From the NCBI RefSeq assembly GCF_006345805.1, contig NC_042997.1, forward strand, positions 200,384,001 through 200,448,000: a DNA stretch of 64,000 nucleotides, in the 5' to 3' direction. The notes under the pieces were generated by a model. The model did not search any database and was not told where the DNA came from. It was given only the letters and a program-made list of their open reading frames with translations. The DNA comes from Octopus sinensis (Eukaryota). Positions 12,524-25,695 of this stretch are shown in pieces. The first letter of the stretch is position 1. Each line of letters starts with the position of its first letter. The position numbers and the translations under genes are program-made.

Positions 12524-12905
12524 AGCCAAATCGGAACAGATATTTTTCACGAGGCATTCTCGTCCATGCCTCGCCAATATCTGACCTAAAATTTTCAAAT
12601 CGTCGCACTCGCGCCAATTTATCGGCAGCCAAATAAATATAAGCCGCCGATTCCATTACGGAACCAACCAGAAAATTCATAATTAATCAATATAGGGAGG
12701 CAAAAAAATTTTGTAGAATTCTTTTGCCCCCAGCGGCCTAGTGGGAAAAAATTAAATAGTCATAAACCATTTTTAAGTTCAATATCACAATCAAGGAACG
12801 GCCATAATAGGCCATTCACCCACTAGAAATAACAGCCAAAAAGCTTCAACCGCAAATAACATTAATTCCGTAAACCAGGAGAAAATTAAAAAACATTTAC
12901 CCTGA

Positions 12906-13012
12906 ATTCCTTATACGATGCACCCGTTTCGTCTACTGTTTAATGGTAAACTAACCTGATTAAATTAAATCAAGCAATCTACCATAGGCCCTTAGATTCA
13001 TCAGTAAGGAAT
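12906..13012 (-). ncRNA. Type I hammerhead ribozyme, array unit 2
   Basis: As unit 1; predicted cleavage 12914/12913. Confidence 0.8.
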
Positions 13013-13394
13013 AGCCAAATCGGAACAGATATTTTTCACGAGGCATTCTCGTCCATGCCTCGCCAATATCTGACCTAAAATTTTCAAATCGTCGCACTCG
13101 CGCCAAATTTATCGGCAGCAAATAAATATAGCCGCCGATTCCATTACGGAACCAACCAGAAAATTCATGATTAATCAATATAGGGAGGCAAAAAAATTTT
13201 GTAGAATTCTTTTGCCCCCAGCGGCCTAGTGGGAAAAAATTAAATAGTCATAAACCATTTTTAAGTTCAATATCACAATCAAGGAACGGCCATAATAGGC
13301 CATTCACCCACTAGAAATAACAGCCAAAAAGCTTCAACCGCAAAATAACATTAATTCCGTAAACCAGGAGAAAATTAAAAAACATTTACCCTGA

Positions 13395-13503
13395 ATTCCT
13401 TATACGATGCACCGTTTCGTCTACTGTTTAATGGTAAACTAACCTGATTAATTAAATCAAGCCAATCTACTACCATAGGCCCTTAGATTCATCAGTAAGG
13501 AAT
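13395..13503 (-). ncRNA. Type I hammerhead ribozyme, array unit 3
   Basis: As unit 1; predicted cleavage 13403/13402. Confidence 0.8.
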
Positions 13504-13675
13504 AGCCAAATCGGAACAGATATTTTTCACGAGGCATTCCGTAATGGAATCGGCGGCTTATATTTATTTGCTGCCGATAAATTTGGCGCGAGTGCGACGA
13601 TTTGAAAATTTTAGGTCAGATATTGGCGAGGCTGGACGAGAATGCCTCGTGAAAAATATCTGTTCCAATTTGGCT

Positions 13676-13781
13676 ATTCCTTACTGATGAATCTAAGGGC
13701 CTATGGTAGATTGGCTTGATTTAATTAATCAGGTTAGTTTACCATTAAACAGTAGACGAAACGGTGCATCGTATAAGGAAT
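13676..13781 (+). ncRNA. Type I hammerhead ribozyme, inverted unit
   Basis: ATTCCTTA CTGATGA ATCTA...TAGAC GAAA CGGTGCATCG TA TAAGGAAT: 8-bp stem I, intact core, GUA site at 13771-73, about 67-nt stem II, self-complementary stem III. Confidence 0.85.
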
Positions 13782-14006
13782 TTCAGGGTAAATGTTTTTA
13801 ATTTTCTCCTGGTTTACGGAATTAATGTTATTTTGCGGTTGAAGCTTTTTGGCTGTTATTTCTAGTGGGTGAATGGCCTATTATGGCCGTTCCTTGATTG
13901 TGATATTGAACTTAAAAATGGTTTATGACTATTTAAATTTTTCCCACTAGGCCGCTGGGGGCAAAAGAATTCTACAAAATTTTTTTGCCTCCCTATATTG
14001 ATTGAT

Positions 14007-14045
<39 letters not shown>

Positions 14046-14875
14046 ATGTGTGTGTGTGTATGTGTGTGTTTGTGTGTCTGTGTTTGTCCCCTAGCATTGC
14101 TTGACAACCGATGCTGGTGTGTTTACGTCCCCGTCACTTAGCGGTTCGGCAAAAGAGACCGATAAAATAAGTACTGGGCTTACAAAGAAGTCCCGGGGTC
14201 GATTTGCTCGACTGAAGGCGGTGCCCCAGCATGGCCGCAGTCAAATGACTGAAACAAGTAAAAGAGTAAAAGAGTATATGTGTGTGTGTGTGTGTGCTTG
14301 ACTGCAAGGAGAAGATTAGGTTGGTACATGGAAAATGGAAGTTTGGGAGATGCAAATAGGAAAGCGTAGAAAAGAAGAAGCACGAAGTGGACAGGAGTGG
14401 TGAGAGATAATCTCACAGCATGCTGGACCTCATGGGCCTCACATAGGAAGTGATTAAGGATCCCCAATAAATGGAGAGCAAAATTGGGTGAAACACATCT
14501 GTCTGACTAACGCCAGTATGGAAAGGAGAATATAAAATGGTGATGATGGTGATGATGATGATGTTGACAGCAATGTATATAATGGAAAGAGCAACAACAA
14601 GAGCACTCAGAGAGCACAAACCTCCACCAAGGCAGCATCAATGTCCTCTCAAAGATTAGCCAGAGATGATTTTTAAAAAGAGAATATTTGAAATAAACTT
14701 GACTGCTCTCACAAATGAGAATACTAAAATGAACCCAACCACTCTCAAAAATTAAGCAAAAAATCCAGAAAAATAATCCATAATCCTTGTCCAGTATTGG
14801 ATCAATCCCAAAATCTAATCAGTTCATGCCAGTAGACAGAAACTGAAAGAAGCCCGTTGTATGTATGTATATGTA

Positions 14876-14912
<37 letters not shown>

Positions 14913-15211
14913 CTATATTTGTCCTCCCAACATCGCTTGACAACCGATGCTTGTGTGTTTACGTCCCCGTAACTTAGCAGTTTGGCAAAAGTAACCGATA
15001 GAATAAGTATTAGGCTTACAAAAAATAAGTGCTAGGGTCGATTTGCTCGACTAAAGGTGGTGCTCCAGTATGGCCGCAGTCAAATGATGAAACGAGTAAA
15101 AGAGTATATTAAAGCATTTTATTTTATTTATTTTTTACTTACCCATTTGTGTATAGTATCTGATTCTATCTATTAAACATCATCGAACTTAATAAACTTC
15201 TAAGCGTGACC

Positions 15212-15258
<47 letters not shown>

Positions 15259-15274
15259 TTAAAAATAATAATAG

Positions 15275-15648
15275 TCTCTCTATATATAAAGCTGAAGTTG
15301 TCTGTGTATGGCAGCCTTCAACTAACACTATCTCCTCCGAGACCCTGCGGTGCAAGTTGACCAAAATTGAAAGTATGATAGAAGAAGGCTTGCTCTTCCT
15401 TCCGTAGAAGAAAAAATTTCAAATCGGACCATGTTAACACCAAAAATTATTTACATCAAAAACGTGCTTTTTTTTCTATGAAAATACCTATTTTTAATGA
15501 TTTTTTGACGGCTGTGTCGCCATGTTTCGGTGTATTTCAACCAGAAAAATGTTCACTTAAAGAGAATAACAAGCTACATAATGCAAAACTTATGCTTTTC
15601 AAAAATTCCTATTCTAAAGGGTCGAAACAAACCCGAGCAACGCCGGGC

Positions 15649-15650
<2 letters not shown>
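15275..15650 (+). mobile_element. Non-autonomous Helitron-like element (3' CTAG lost in (AAT)n)
   Basis: 5' TCTCTCTATATATAAA; 3' hairpin CCCGAGCAACGCCGGG identical to that of the 41536-41936 element. Confidence 0.7.
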
Positions 15651-15719
<69 letters not shown>

Positions 15720-16375
15720 ATATTAATTAACTTTAATGTTAATTTATATAAACTTACATTCTTATCTCTTTTAGGTTACTTTATACTTTGGGTATTGACT
15801 TTGCACAAAACTTTTAAGCTCGTCTTTTTCATATAATTAATTAATTACTTATATTTTGTGTGTATATGAGTGTTGCCGTGTGTTTTATGTTTATACTTAC
15901 AGAAAAAACAAATTCCCATTTGTCTATAAATAATATATTCTATATTTTTTCATTACTTTCTTACTTTTCCCTTTATTTTAAGCTTCTTGCATTTTTATGC
16001 CATCTCCATTGTACTCACACTATATTATAATGCACCAAAAAGGATACACTTTTATTAGTTCATTATAATACTATGATATTATATTTATTTTAAATACTGC
16101 TTATCTATAATACTGATAACTATTTATAATAAGCTGCTATCACATTCTTATAACCAATTTTACAATTTCTTTCTTTTTAATACTGTAGAGATATATATTA
16201 TTTTAATACCATATCCTATTCCTTATTTTTATTCTTATTTATTTTCATAATAACTTTTATAAATATACTACCTTCCTCCCCTTTGTATGTTATTTCTATA
16301 AAGCATTTATCAGTTAATGGTTTGGCGCCATATACTCAGCACAGTAGAACATGAAAAAGCGATGGTATATCTTTA

Positions 16376-16463
16376 GCCAACTCCAATGAGATTCAGCTTT
16401 AATATGTTTTTGATTATGCTAATTAATTTCTAAAGCCTTGAATTGAAACAGCTGTCAGGGGTG
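16376..16463 (+). ncRNA. Degenerate type I hammerhead
   Basis: CCAATGA (mutated core) GATTCA GCTTTA...TAAAGC CT TGAATT GAAA C AGCT GTC AG. Confidence 0.45.
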
Positions 16464-16689
16464 ATGTCCAATTTTATAATTGATAAATAATTATAAATTT
16501 AATTATCTCTCAATTTTCTTATTTTCTTAAAAATATATATAAACCCTGGTTTATCCAGTTATCTCACAGTTCAATATTAATTGTAATATTCAATACTTCT
16601 TGTAATAGGTAATAAACCAGTATATTCATAGGATTTCATTATCCCTTAATGAGGTTTGCAACCTTTATTTGAACTTTTTTATATATACA

Positions 16690-16907
16690 TACTCTTTACT
16701 CTCTTTACTCTTTTACTTGTTTCAGTCATTTGACTGCGGCCATGGTGCAGCACCGCCTTTAGTCGAGTAAATCGACCCTGGGACTTATTCTTTGTAAGCC
16801 CAGTACTTATTCTATCGGTCTCTTTTGCCGAACCGCTAAGTTACGGGACGTAAACACACCAGTATCAGTTGTCAAGCAATGCTAGGGGGACAAACACAGT
16901 CACACAA

Positions 16908-16938
<31 letters not shown>

Positions 16939-17094
16939 CATATATATGACAGGCTTCTTTCAGTTTCCGTCTACCAAATCCACTCACAAGGCATTGGTCG
17001 GCCCAGGGCTATAGCAGAAGAATCCACGCAGTGGGACTGAACCTGGAACCATGTGGTTGGTTAGCAAGCTACTTACCACACAGCCACTCCTGCG
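16690..17094 (-). mobile_element. SINE family A, near full length
   Basis: Reverse complement of 44740-45181 with a small internal deletion. Confidence 0.9.
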
Positions 17095-17178
17095 TTATAT
17101 ATATATGGATTGTCAATGTATCATATAGCCGAAAAAGATACATGCTCTAAAGCATAGAGTAGTAAGGTATTTATGTTT

Positions 17179-17422
17179 GTTAAGACTATGTCAGGTCATA
17201 GAACGACCAATGGTTTCCACAAAGGGCTTAGGCCCATAGATGGTTCGTCAGCCACTAAAGCCAAAGACAAATGTAATTCTTCATCTCTGGGAGGCATGAA
17301 TCCTCCCAGATAGGAAGTGTTACATTTGTTTTCGGTTTTAGAGTCTGACGAGCCATCCATGGGGCTAAGCCCATTGTGGATGGGAAACCATTGGCTACCC
17401 TATGACTAGACATAGACTTAAC
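17179..17422. mobile_element. 244-bp fold-back element with a hammerhead remnant in each arm
   Basis: Imperfect palindrome with 7-nt loop 17295-17301; plus arm CTGACGA(17345) GCCATCCA...TGGATGG GAAA CCATTGG; minus arm CTGACGA...GAAA CCATTGG TC. Confidence 0.8.
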
Positions 17423-17442
17423 TACATACATACATACATACA

Positions 17443-17478
<36 letters not shown>

Positions 17479-17632
17479 TAATTTTTTTTTGACTCCTTAT
17501 TCGCATAATCACTGACCCTGGAACTTAACTATGATCTGTCCGTAGCACTTACTCAGCATTACCTGACACCTTTGGGTCTTATTGACGCCATTACCTCTCA
17601 TAACCTATATATATATATATCAAATGACACGT

Positions 17633-18138
17633 TTTTTTCCGGTGACACACCATCACTGATCTTGAAAAAGGAGGAACAAGCCATAATAAATCTCTGAACG
17701 AGATGTAAACAGTAGCAGTATGACATTGTGAAGTATATTGGCCGCCTAAATGTGGCTGACCTATAGGGGACGATGCTACTGTTGTTTATAGCCCTAAGAA
17801 GACATCTCCTCCAGCTGGCTAATGACATACTGTCTGTGTCCAATCAGTATTTGCAAAGGGAAATCATCGTTCCTGTCTCTAGCCTTACGTGATACACATG
17901 GATCCGGGTTTCTTGGTAGCAACCCGTCATCAGCATGTGACAATCACCAGCTAGGGATGAGAACTGATTCTAAATGTAAAATACTATATGCTTTTTCCAG
18001 TGACAAACCGTGACTGATCTCGAAAAAGAAGAAACAAGCAATAATAAATCTCTGAGCGAGATGTCTTCCTGGGGCTGTAAACGACAGTAACATTGTCCCA
18101 TACGGGTCAGTCACAATTAGGTGGCAAATATAATTCAT
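17633..18138. mobile_element. Direct-plus-inverted repeat element with central minimal hammerhead-like motif
   Basis: 17633-17705 repeats at 17992-18063; 17725-17808 is inverted at 18058-18138; minus 17939-17895 reads CACATG CTGATGA CGGGTTGCTACCAA GAAA CCCGGA TC CATGTG. Confidence 0.65.
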
Positions 18139-19509
18139 TATATATATATATAGAGAGAGAGAGAGAAAGGGAGAAATATATATATTTATATATATATATT
18201 ACAGAGATGTACTTGCATAGGTAGTGACCTGATCTGAGATCATGTGCTGGAACTAAAAACAATTGCAGCTTGGAAGGTGTTTATAAGCCATTTAAGAAAC
18301 ACACAAAAACCGTTAGATTCACTTCAACATTTAAAACTAAGTTCTGGAAGAATTATGTAAGTATATATATATATATGCACATCTTGGACCATTGCTTAAT
18401 TTCTACTCTAAGACACTATTATCACCCTTCATCTCTGTAACTGTAAGTTTTCCTCGATACCTCAATAACCTTTCTCAATATCTGGTCTAATTTCTCTTGA
18501 TAGCCATCCATCATCCTTAATACTGCTCTCCACCCACATTTTACATTGACTCCCTTCCACCCAATCAATACACCTTCTCTACTACCATATGCTTTATTCT
18601 CCTCATGCATTATACCTGTTCCTTTCTCTCCACACTCTTGCATCCTACTCAATAATTACTTGACATCTCATTCTCTCCCCTCTCCTCTCTTTTGTCAACT
18701 AACCATTACTATTCTGCAACACTTCATTCCTATCATCCCTGGCCACCCACCCCTTATCCACCATTCACTATATCCACCCCTCAACCTATTCTAACCTTTA
18801 CAGTTGTCACCTACTCTCCCCTATCTACCCCACTTATCATCCACTCAATACTCAATCTTCATTCATTATATTCATCTCCTCACCCATTCCCCATCTCTCA
18901 CTGCCCATACACTCCTGCAATCTCCACTGTCTCCTAAGTAACCATTGGAAGAAATTTTTTGCCATAAAAATATTGTTAGTATCTCTGGTTATTTGACTAA
19001 TGTGATCTATTTTACTATATTGAACTGAACATTTTTCTATAAAAAAATAAAAAAACGAAAAAACCCATAATTAAGGAATGGTGTCAGAATAATATCAATA
19101 ATTTCTTATCAAAGTATGAGAATGTACTAAGATAATCCCTGATGAAAATGAGAGCATATCTTAAATGACCTTCTTAAGACACTGGCCATGATCTCATGAT
19201 ATCTAAAAGTGTGAATGAAGTCTGAGAGATATAAGAACATATGTGGTTTAAAAGATTGACTAATTTAGTAATTTATTTCCTCAGAGGTACAGTTTGCTGC
19301 ATTCATAGGAATATCGTTGACTCATTCCATGGAAAGAGTATATTATGAAGAAAGGAGTGGCTATGTGGTAGGAAGTTTGCTTCCCAGCCATGTGGTCCTG
19401 GGTTCAGTCCTACTATATGGCACCCTGTGCAAGTAACTTCTATTATAACCTTGGTCTGACCAAAGCTTTGTGTGTGGATTTGTTGATAGAAACTGTAAGA
19501 AGCCCACTG

Positions 19510-19572
19510 TGTGTATATATATATATATATATAATATATAAACGATGATGATATGTATATATATATATACAT

Positions 19573-19659
<87 letters not shown>

Positions 19660-19811
19660 CACATGTATATATTAGTATACATATGTATATATATGTATGT
19701 ATATGTATATATATATACCTATATATATGTATATATATGTATATATATGCATGTATATATATATTATACACATATATATGTATATATATGTATATATATG
19801 TATATATATGT

Positions 19812-19866
<55 letters not shown>

Positions 19867-19910
19867 CATATACATACATATATATACATATAACACAATA
19901 TATATACATA

Positions 19911-19952
<42 letters not shown>

Positions 19953-20088
19953 CATATATATACATAATATACATATATATATGTGTATATATATATATAT
20001 ATATATACATATATGTACATATATATATGTGTATATATATATATACATACATACATAAATATATACATATATATACATATATATATGT

Positions 20089-20141
<53 letters not shown>

Positions 20142-20192
20142 ATACATATGTATATATATATACATATCATGTATTTATATTGTTTTATCATC

Positions 20193-20231
<39 letters not shown>

Positions 20232-20240
20232 ATATACACA
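19510..20240. repeat. Long degenerate (TA)n/(TG)n/(CA)n tract
   Basis: Direct reading; source of the YI-repeat ORFs. Confidence 0.97.
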
Positions 20241-20484
20241 CAGTGGGCTTCTTACAGTTTCATCGACAAATCCACACACAAAGCTTTGGTCAGACCAAGC
20301 AATAGGCTTCATGGAGCACATGTGCTTGAGAAGAAGACGCATCAAGCCAAGTAAAATTACATTCATGGCAGATGCTGGTGCCACACAAATGGCACCCGTA
20401 CCAGTATCACATAAAAGCACCCATTACATATATATACACATATATATATGTATATATATGTGTATATATGTATATATATGTATA

Positions 20485-20545
<61 letters not shown>

Positions 20546-20970
20546 TACAAAATTAGAGAATGGAGAAATATACTTAAATCAGTAAAAACATCAACTATCC
20601 GATGATACTCAATCCATACTTTAATACACCATTACATATGAGTAAAGGCAATACATAAAATGAAATGAGATATACAGTAATAGTAAAAAGGTAAAGAGAT
20701 ATAAGTAAAAAATTTTCAAATATAATATGCAAATAAATCAAAACTGACAGCTGTATATATATATACATAACTTTTCGGGATTCAAAAGAATCAGGTATTT
20801 AAATAGTTAAAACACCAAAAGAGAGTCAGGTATATTGCACCCATGTACCCCTGATGAAAACGTATTTTTTTTGTTTGCATGGTGTAACATTTTTGTTCAT
20901 CAGTAAAGAATATGTCTGAAAAAGCTGTTTTGAACCACCGATCATCTGTGTTATATATATATAGGAGTAT

Positions 20971-21015
<45 letters not shown>

Positions 21016-22179
21016 TATATATATATACCGAAGTATATATGTATTTATATGGAGTATATATATATGATTTGATTTTGATTTTTCCAGTTTCAGCTCATGA
21101 GCTGTGGCCATGCTGGGGCATATATATATATATATCTATATATCTAGATCTAGATACATCCCAGTAACTTAGCAGTTTGGCAAAAGAGACTGATAGAATA
21201 AGTACCAGGCTTAAAAAAGAAAAGTACTGCAGTTGATTCATTCAACTAGAAGGCGGTGCCCCAGCATGGCCACAGTCTAATGACTGAAACAAGTAAAAGA
21301 TAAAAGGTGAAGCAATGACAGGTCATATTTCTTTTCTTTTGCCACAAAACTCTTTATATTTTGTTATGGTAAGTGGCACAAGTGCCTGTGGCACGTAAAA
21401 AGCACAATTCGAGCATTGAGCCTCACAGATGCACATGAAAAGCTCCTTTCGAGTGTTGGGCCTCATGGAGGCAATGATTGTGTCCTTTCTCATGTTGTGC
21501 TTGAGAAGAAGACCCATCAAGCCAAGTAAAATCATAGCAATGGCAGACACTGGTGTCACGCAAATGGCCCCCGTGCCAGTGGCACATAAAAGCACCCATT
21601 ACACTCTCTGAGTGTTTGGCATTAAGATGGGCATCCAGCTATAGAAACCATGCCAAATCAGAGTGGGTTCTGATGTAGCCTTTCAGTTTGCCAGCCCTGG
21701 TCAAACTCCCCAACCTATGCCAGCATGGACAATGGATATTAAATGATGATGATAATGATGATGATGTGAACATGCGATCTTCGTAATTATTTTCATTCAT
21801 TTTTGCTCACAAAATACATGTTGCCTGTTTGCAATTGTTATGTAAGTGTCACCCATGCCTGTGACATGTAAAAAGCACCTTTCAAGCAATAGGCTTCATG
21901 GGAGCACATGTCGTGCTTGAGAAGAAGACCCATCAAGCCAAGTAAAATTACATCCATGGCAGACACTGGTGCCACACAAATGGCACCCGTACCAGTATCA
22001 CATAAAAGCACCCATTACACCCTCTGAGTATTTGGCGTTAGGAAGGGCATCCAGCCATAGAAACCAAGCCAAATCAGAGTGGGATCTGGTGCAGCCTTCC
22101 AGTTTGCCAGCCCTGGTCAAACTCTCCAACTCATGCCAGCATGGACAATGGACATTAAATGATGATGATAATGATGATG

Positions 22180-22410
22180 GGCGGTGATCTATCAGAATCA
22201 TTAGCACGCCGGGTGAAATGTGAAGCCGTATTTCGTCTGCTGTTACGTTCTGAGTTCAAATTCCTACGAGGCCAACTTTGCTTTTCATCCTTTTGGGATT
22301 GATTAAATGAGTACCAGTTACGCACTGGGGTCGATGTAATCAACTTAATCCCTTTGTCTGTCCTTGTTTGTCCCCTCTATGTTTAGCCCCTTGTGGGCAA
22401 TAAAGAAATA
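22180..22410 (+). mobile_element. tRNA-derived SINE family C (Meta-domain-like); also about 37798-38027(-), 51090-51280(-), 6367-6506(-)
   Basis: B box GAGTTCAAATTC, then TTTGC(C/T)TTTCATCCTTT(C/T)GGG..GAT..AA..AGTACC central domain and AATAAAGAAATA tail. Confidence 0.75.
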
Positions 22411-23472
22411 GATAAAGATGACGTAAACACGCGTCCTTTCTAATTATTTTCCTTCATTTTTGCTCACTAAAAACATGTTATCTTTTTGCAAAGACAGAAC
22501 GATTAAATAAGTACCAGTTACGCACTGGGGTCGATCTTATTGACTTAATCTCTTTGTTCTTGTTTCTCCCTTCGATGTTTTACCTCCTGTGGGCAATAAA
22601 GAAATAGATAAAGTTCACTAAAAACATGTTATCTTTTCGCAAAGACAAAGAGCGATTATGAAGAAAGGCTGACAAATTGTCGCAGCTGTACATGACACAT
22701 GTGAAGTGACAAGCCATTTTCTCTGAATCAGAAATGTCAAGCTTGTGCGAGCAGGAATTGCTGCTAGTTTCAAATATCTTTACACAACTGATTCATAACT
22801 GTCTACATTCCTTTCTTTCTCTGATTCATATCTTTTATTTTTTAGTCTTTTTACTTCTTTTCAATCATTAGACTATGGCCACACTGGAGCACCACCTCGA
22901 AGAATTTGTAGACGAATGCATTGGCCACAGCATTTGCATTTTTTTGTCTTTTAAAGCCTCTCTCTCTCTCTCTGGCTGAAATGCTACGTTGCAGGGATGT
23001 AAACACACCATGACTGGTTGTCAAGTGGTGGAGGAGAACAAAGATACAATGACAGTCACACACACACACACACACACTTACACATGCACACACACACACA
23101 CACACAAATGCACACATACATAGGTATGCATATACACATACATACCTCTACATGTGCACATATACATACGCCCACATACATTCACACATATACATATGGA
23201 TAACACAGATATGCTATAATTATACACATACATACATACACATATATGAACACATATACACTTCCCCCTATACACATACACATATGTATAACTACCCACA
23301 TATATACACATAAAGGCACAGGAGTGGCTGTGTAGTAGCACACAAACACACACACACACGCACATATGTACATTAATATATAAAGGCAACTATAAGAGAG
23401 GATAATGTTTTCTAAGTTCATTTAAAACAACACAGATACCTGGAAATATTTGTTCTATTAATATATTAACTT

Positions 23473-23821
23473 ATGATGATAACGATGATGACAATGACTA
23501 TGATGATCGTGATGATGATGATGTTGATGATGACGACGACAAGGACGGTGATGACGACGATGACGACGATGATGAGTATGATGGTGGTGATGATGATGTG
23601 GATTGTGATGATGATGATGATATGATGATGTGGATTGTGATGATGATGGTGATGATGATGATGATGACGATGATGATGATGATGATGGTGATGACGACGA
23701 TGACGACGATGATGAGTATGATGGTGGTGATGATGATGTGGATTGTGATGATGATGATGATATGATGATGTGGATTGTGATGATGACGACGATATGATGA
23801 TGTGGATTGTGATGATGATGG

Positions 23822-23870
<49 letters not shown>

Positions 23871-24670
23871 GATGATGATGAAGACGATGACAATGATGAT
23901 GGTGATGTCGACGATGATGGTGATGATGATGGTGATGATGATGATGATGATGATGATGACGATGTCGATGATGATGATGACAATGATGACGATGATGACG
24001 ATGGTGATGATGACAATGATGATGATGGTGATGATGGTGATGATGGTGGTGATGATGATGAGGATGATGATAATGACGATGACGATGATGATGGTGATGA
24101 TGATATGATGATATGATGATGTGGATGATGGTGATGACGATGATGGTGATGACGATGATGATAATGATGTAACTGCTTCATTTGATTCTGCTGCATTTGT
24201 TGTTGTTGTTGTTGTTGTTGTTGCTGCTGCTGATGGCAATGATGATGATGACAATGGTAATGACGATGATGTGATGATCAAGTTGATAATCATGATGAGG
24301 ACGACAAAGATGACGACGACGACGACGACGACGATGATGATGGTAATGATGACCATGACAATCATGATGAAGATAATGATAGTGGCGCTGCTGCTGCTTA
24401 TGATGATGATGATGATGATGATGATAACAATGATATTGAATATGAAATTGGTGATTATAATGTCAATGATGATGATGACGATGTCAACAATCAACAACAG
24501 CGCTGGTGGTGTCAGCAGTGATGGTGACAAAGATGAAGATAACAACCCTCAACATTATGGTTAAATTGGCGGTGGTGGTTGCGATGGTGATGAAGATGAT
24601 GATGATGATGGCCATGAAGACAATGATGATGATGATGATGATAACATTGATGACAACGATGATGATGATG
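23473..24670. repeat. Cryptic (GAT)n/(GAC)n/(GGT)n trinucleotide array
   Basis: Direct reading; produces poly-D/M/I/H/S ORFs in several frames. Confidence 0.97.
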
Positions 24671-24835
24671 CTGATTTGATATCATGTGAATGTGTGTGTG
24701 TGTGTGTGTGTGTGCTTTTATTCGTTGGTTTAATCTGTGATATCAGATGAAACATAATCCAATTTCTAGCCAATCCCCCTGTTACAGATCGATGAGAAAC
24801 TTGTCATTAATGTTTTTCCATTTTTACCACAAATA

Positions 24836-25695
24836 CGAGGACTGATCAATCAGTATCCAGACTGTTGCCATAGTAACAAAGCTAAGGCACAGATTGACCT
24901 TCGACTCTGTTGTGCATGTGCATTCACTTTTAATGTTCTAGCTCTCTTCCACTATGTACAGCAGTACTTGGAAGGAAGGTGTGTAGGGTATGACCGTCGC
25001 ATTGACCATGACAGAGAAAGTTGTCATGGTGATACCTGATCAGAGTCCTATGCAAAGTTGCAGAAAGTGTATGGAGAGGAGTGTATGAGCTGCACACGAG
25101 TGCACGAGTGGTCCAGACGGTTCAAGGATGGCCGTAAAAAGGTCAATATTGACGAACATTCTGGGAGACTCACAACCAGTAGAACTGAGAAGAACATCGC
25201 AGATGTTCGTGCAGTTGTGAGGGGGAAATCATCGAATCACTGTCTGTAAGTTATCAGAGAATGTACAGATTAGTTACGGTTCAGGTCAGTCCATTATCAC
25301 TGAAGATTTCGGTATGAGACGCGTGTCTGCCAAGTTTGTGCCAAAACTGCTTTCAGCTGACCAAAGAGACACTCGGGTTTCTGTTGCACAAGATCTCTTT
25401 GATTGTGTCGAGAATGATGAAAAGCTTTTGAAAACCTTGCATAGGGTTCTGAGCAGGTATCGCTAAGCTTTTGGCAAACTTTGATGCAGATTCTCTGCTA
25501 AATTTTCTCTGTCAAGGTGAATTTGATGATCACATGCTACACACCTTCCTTCCAAGCACTGCTGTAAACAGCAGAAGTGAGCTAGAGCGTTAAAACTTAG
25601 TGCACATGCGCAGCAGAGTTCAAGGTCCATCTGTGCCAACTGGCTTTAGCTTTGTTAGTATGGCAACAGCCTGGATACTTATTGATCAGACCATG
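24836..25695 (+). mobile_element. Internally deleted mariner-family DNA transposon with long (about 165 bp) TIRs
   Basis: TA-flanked; 24836-24995 inverted at about 25527-25695; remnant QKVYGEECMSCTRVHEWSRRFKDGR..DEHSGR (HTH) and a RVSAKFVPKLL motif. Confidence 0.9.

Larger units (their letters stand above)
12293..14008. mobile_element. Retrozyme-like / non-autonomous Penelope-like array: 2.5 tandem 489-bp units plus one inverted, circularly permuted unit
   Basis: Units start at 12293, 12782 and 13270; inversion junction at 13537-13539 (TTC microhomology); each unit carries a type I hammerhead; (TA)n on both flanks. Confidence 0.9.
12187..14275 (+). mobile_element. SINE family A copy split at its internal (TA)n by the 1.7-kb hammerhead array
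   Basis: 5' part 12187-12265 ends GAAAGAAGCCTGTCG-(TA)n; 3' part resumes (TA)n(TG)n-TTTGTCCCCTAGCATTGC after 14010. Confidence 0.9.

Noticed and set aside
12474-13178. ORFs of 68 and 72 aa in the 489-bp repeat
   Set aside because: Their frames differ between near-identical copies and show no protein features; the unit is better explained as structured RNA
20845-20935. CTGATGA...stem II...GAAAAAGCTGTT as a functional ribozyme
   Set aside because: Stem I does not pair and C15.2 is mutated; counted only as a decayed remnant
23466-24545. 359-aa ORF and other poly-I/H/S/D/M or YI/CV-repeat ORFs
   Set aside because: They are translations of microsatellites, open in several frames and on both strands
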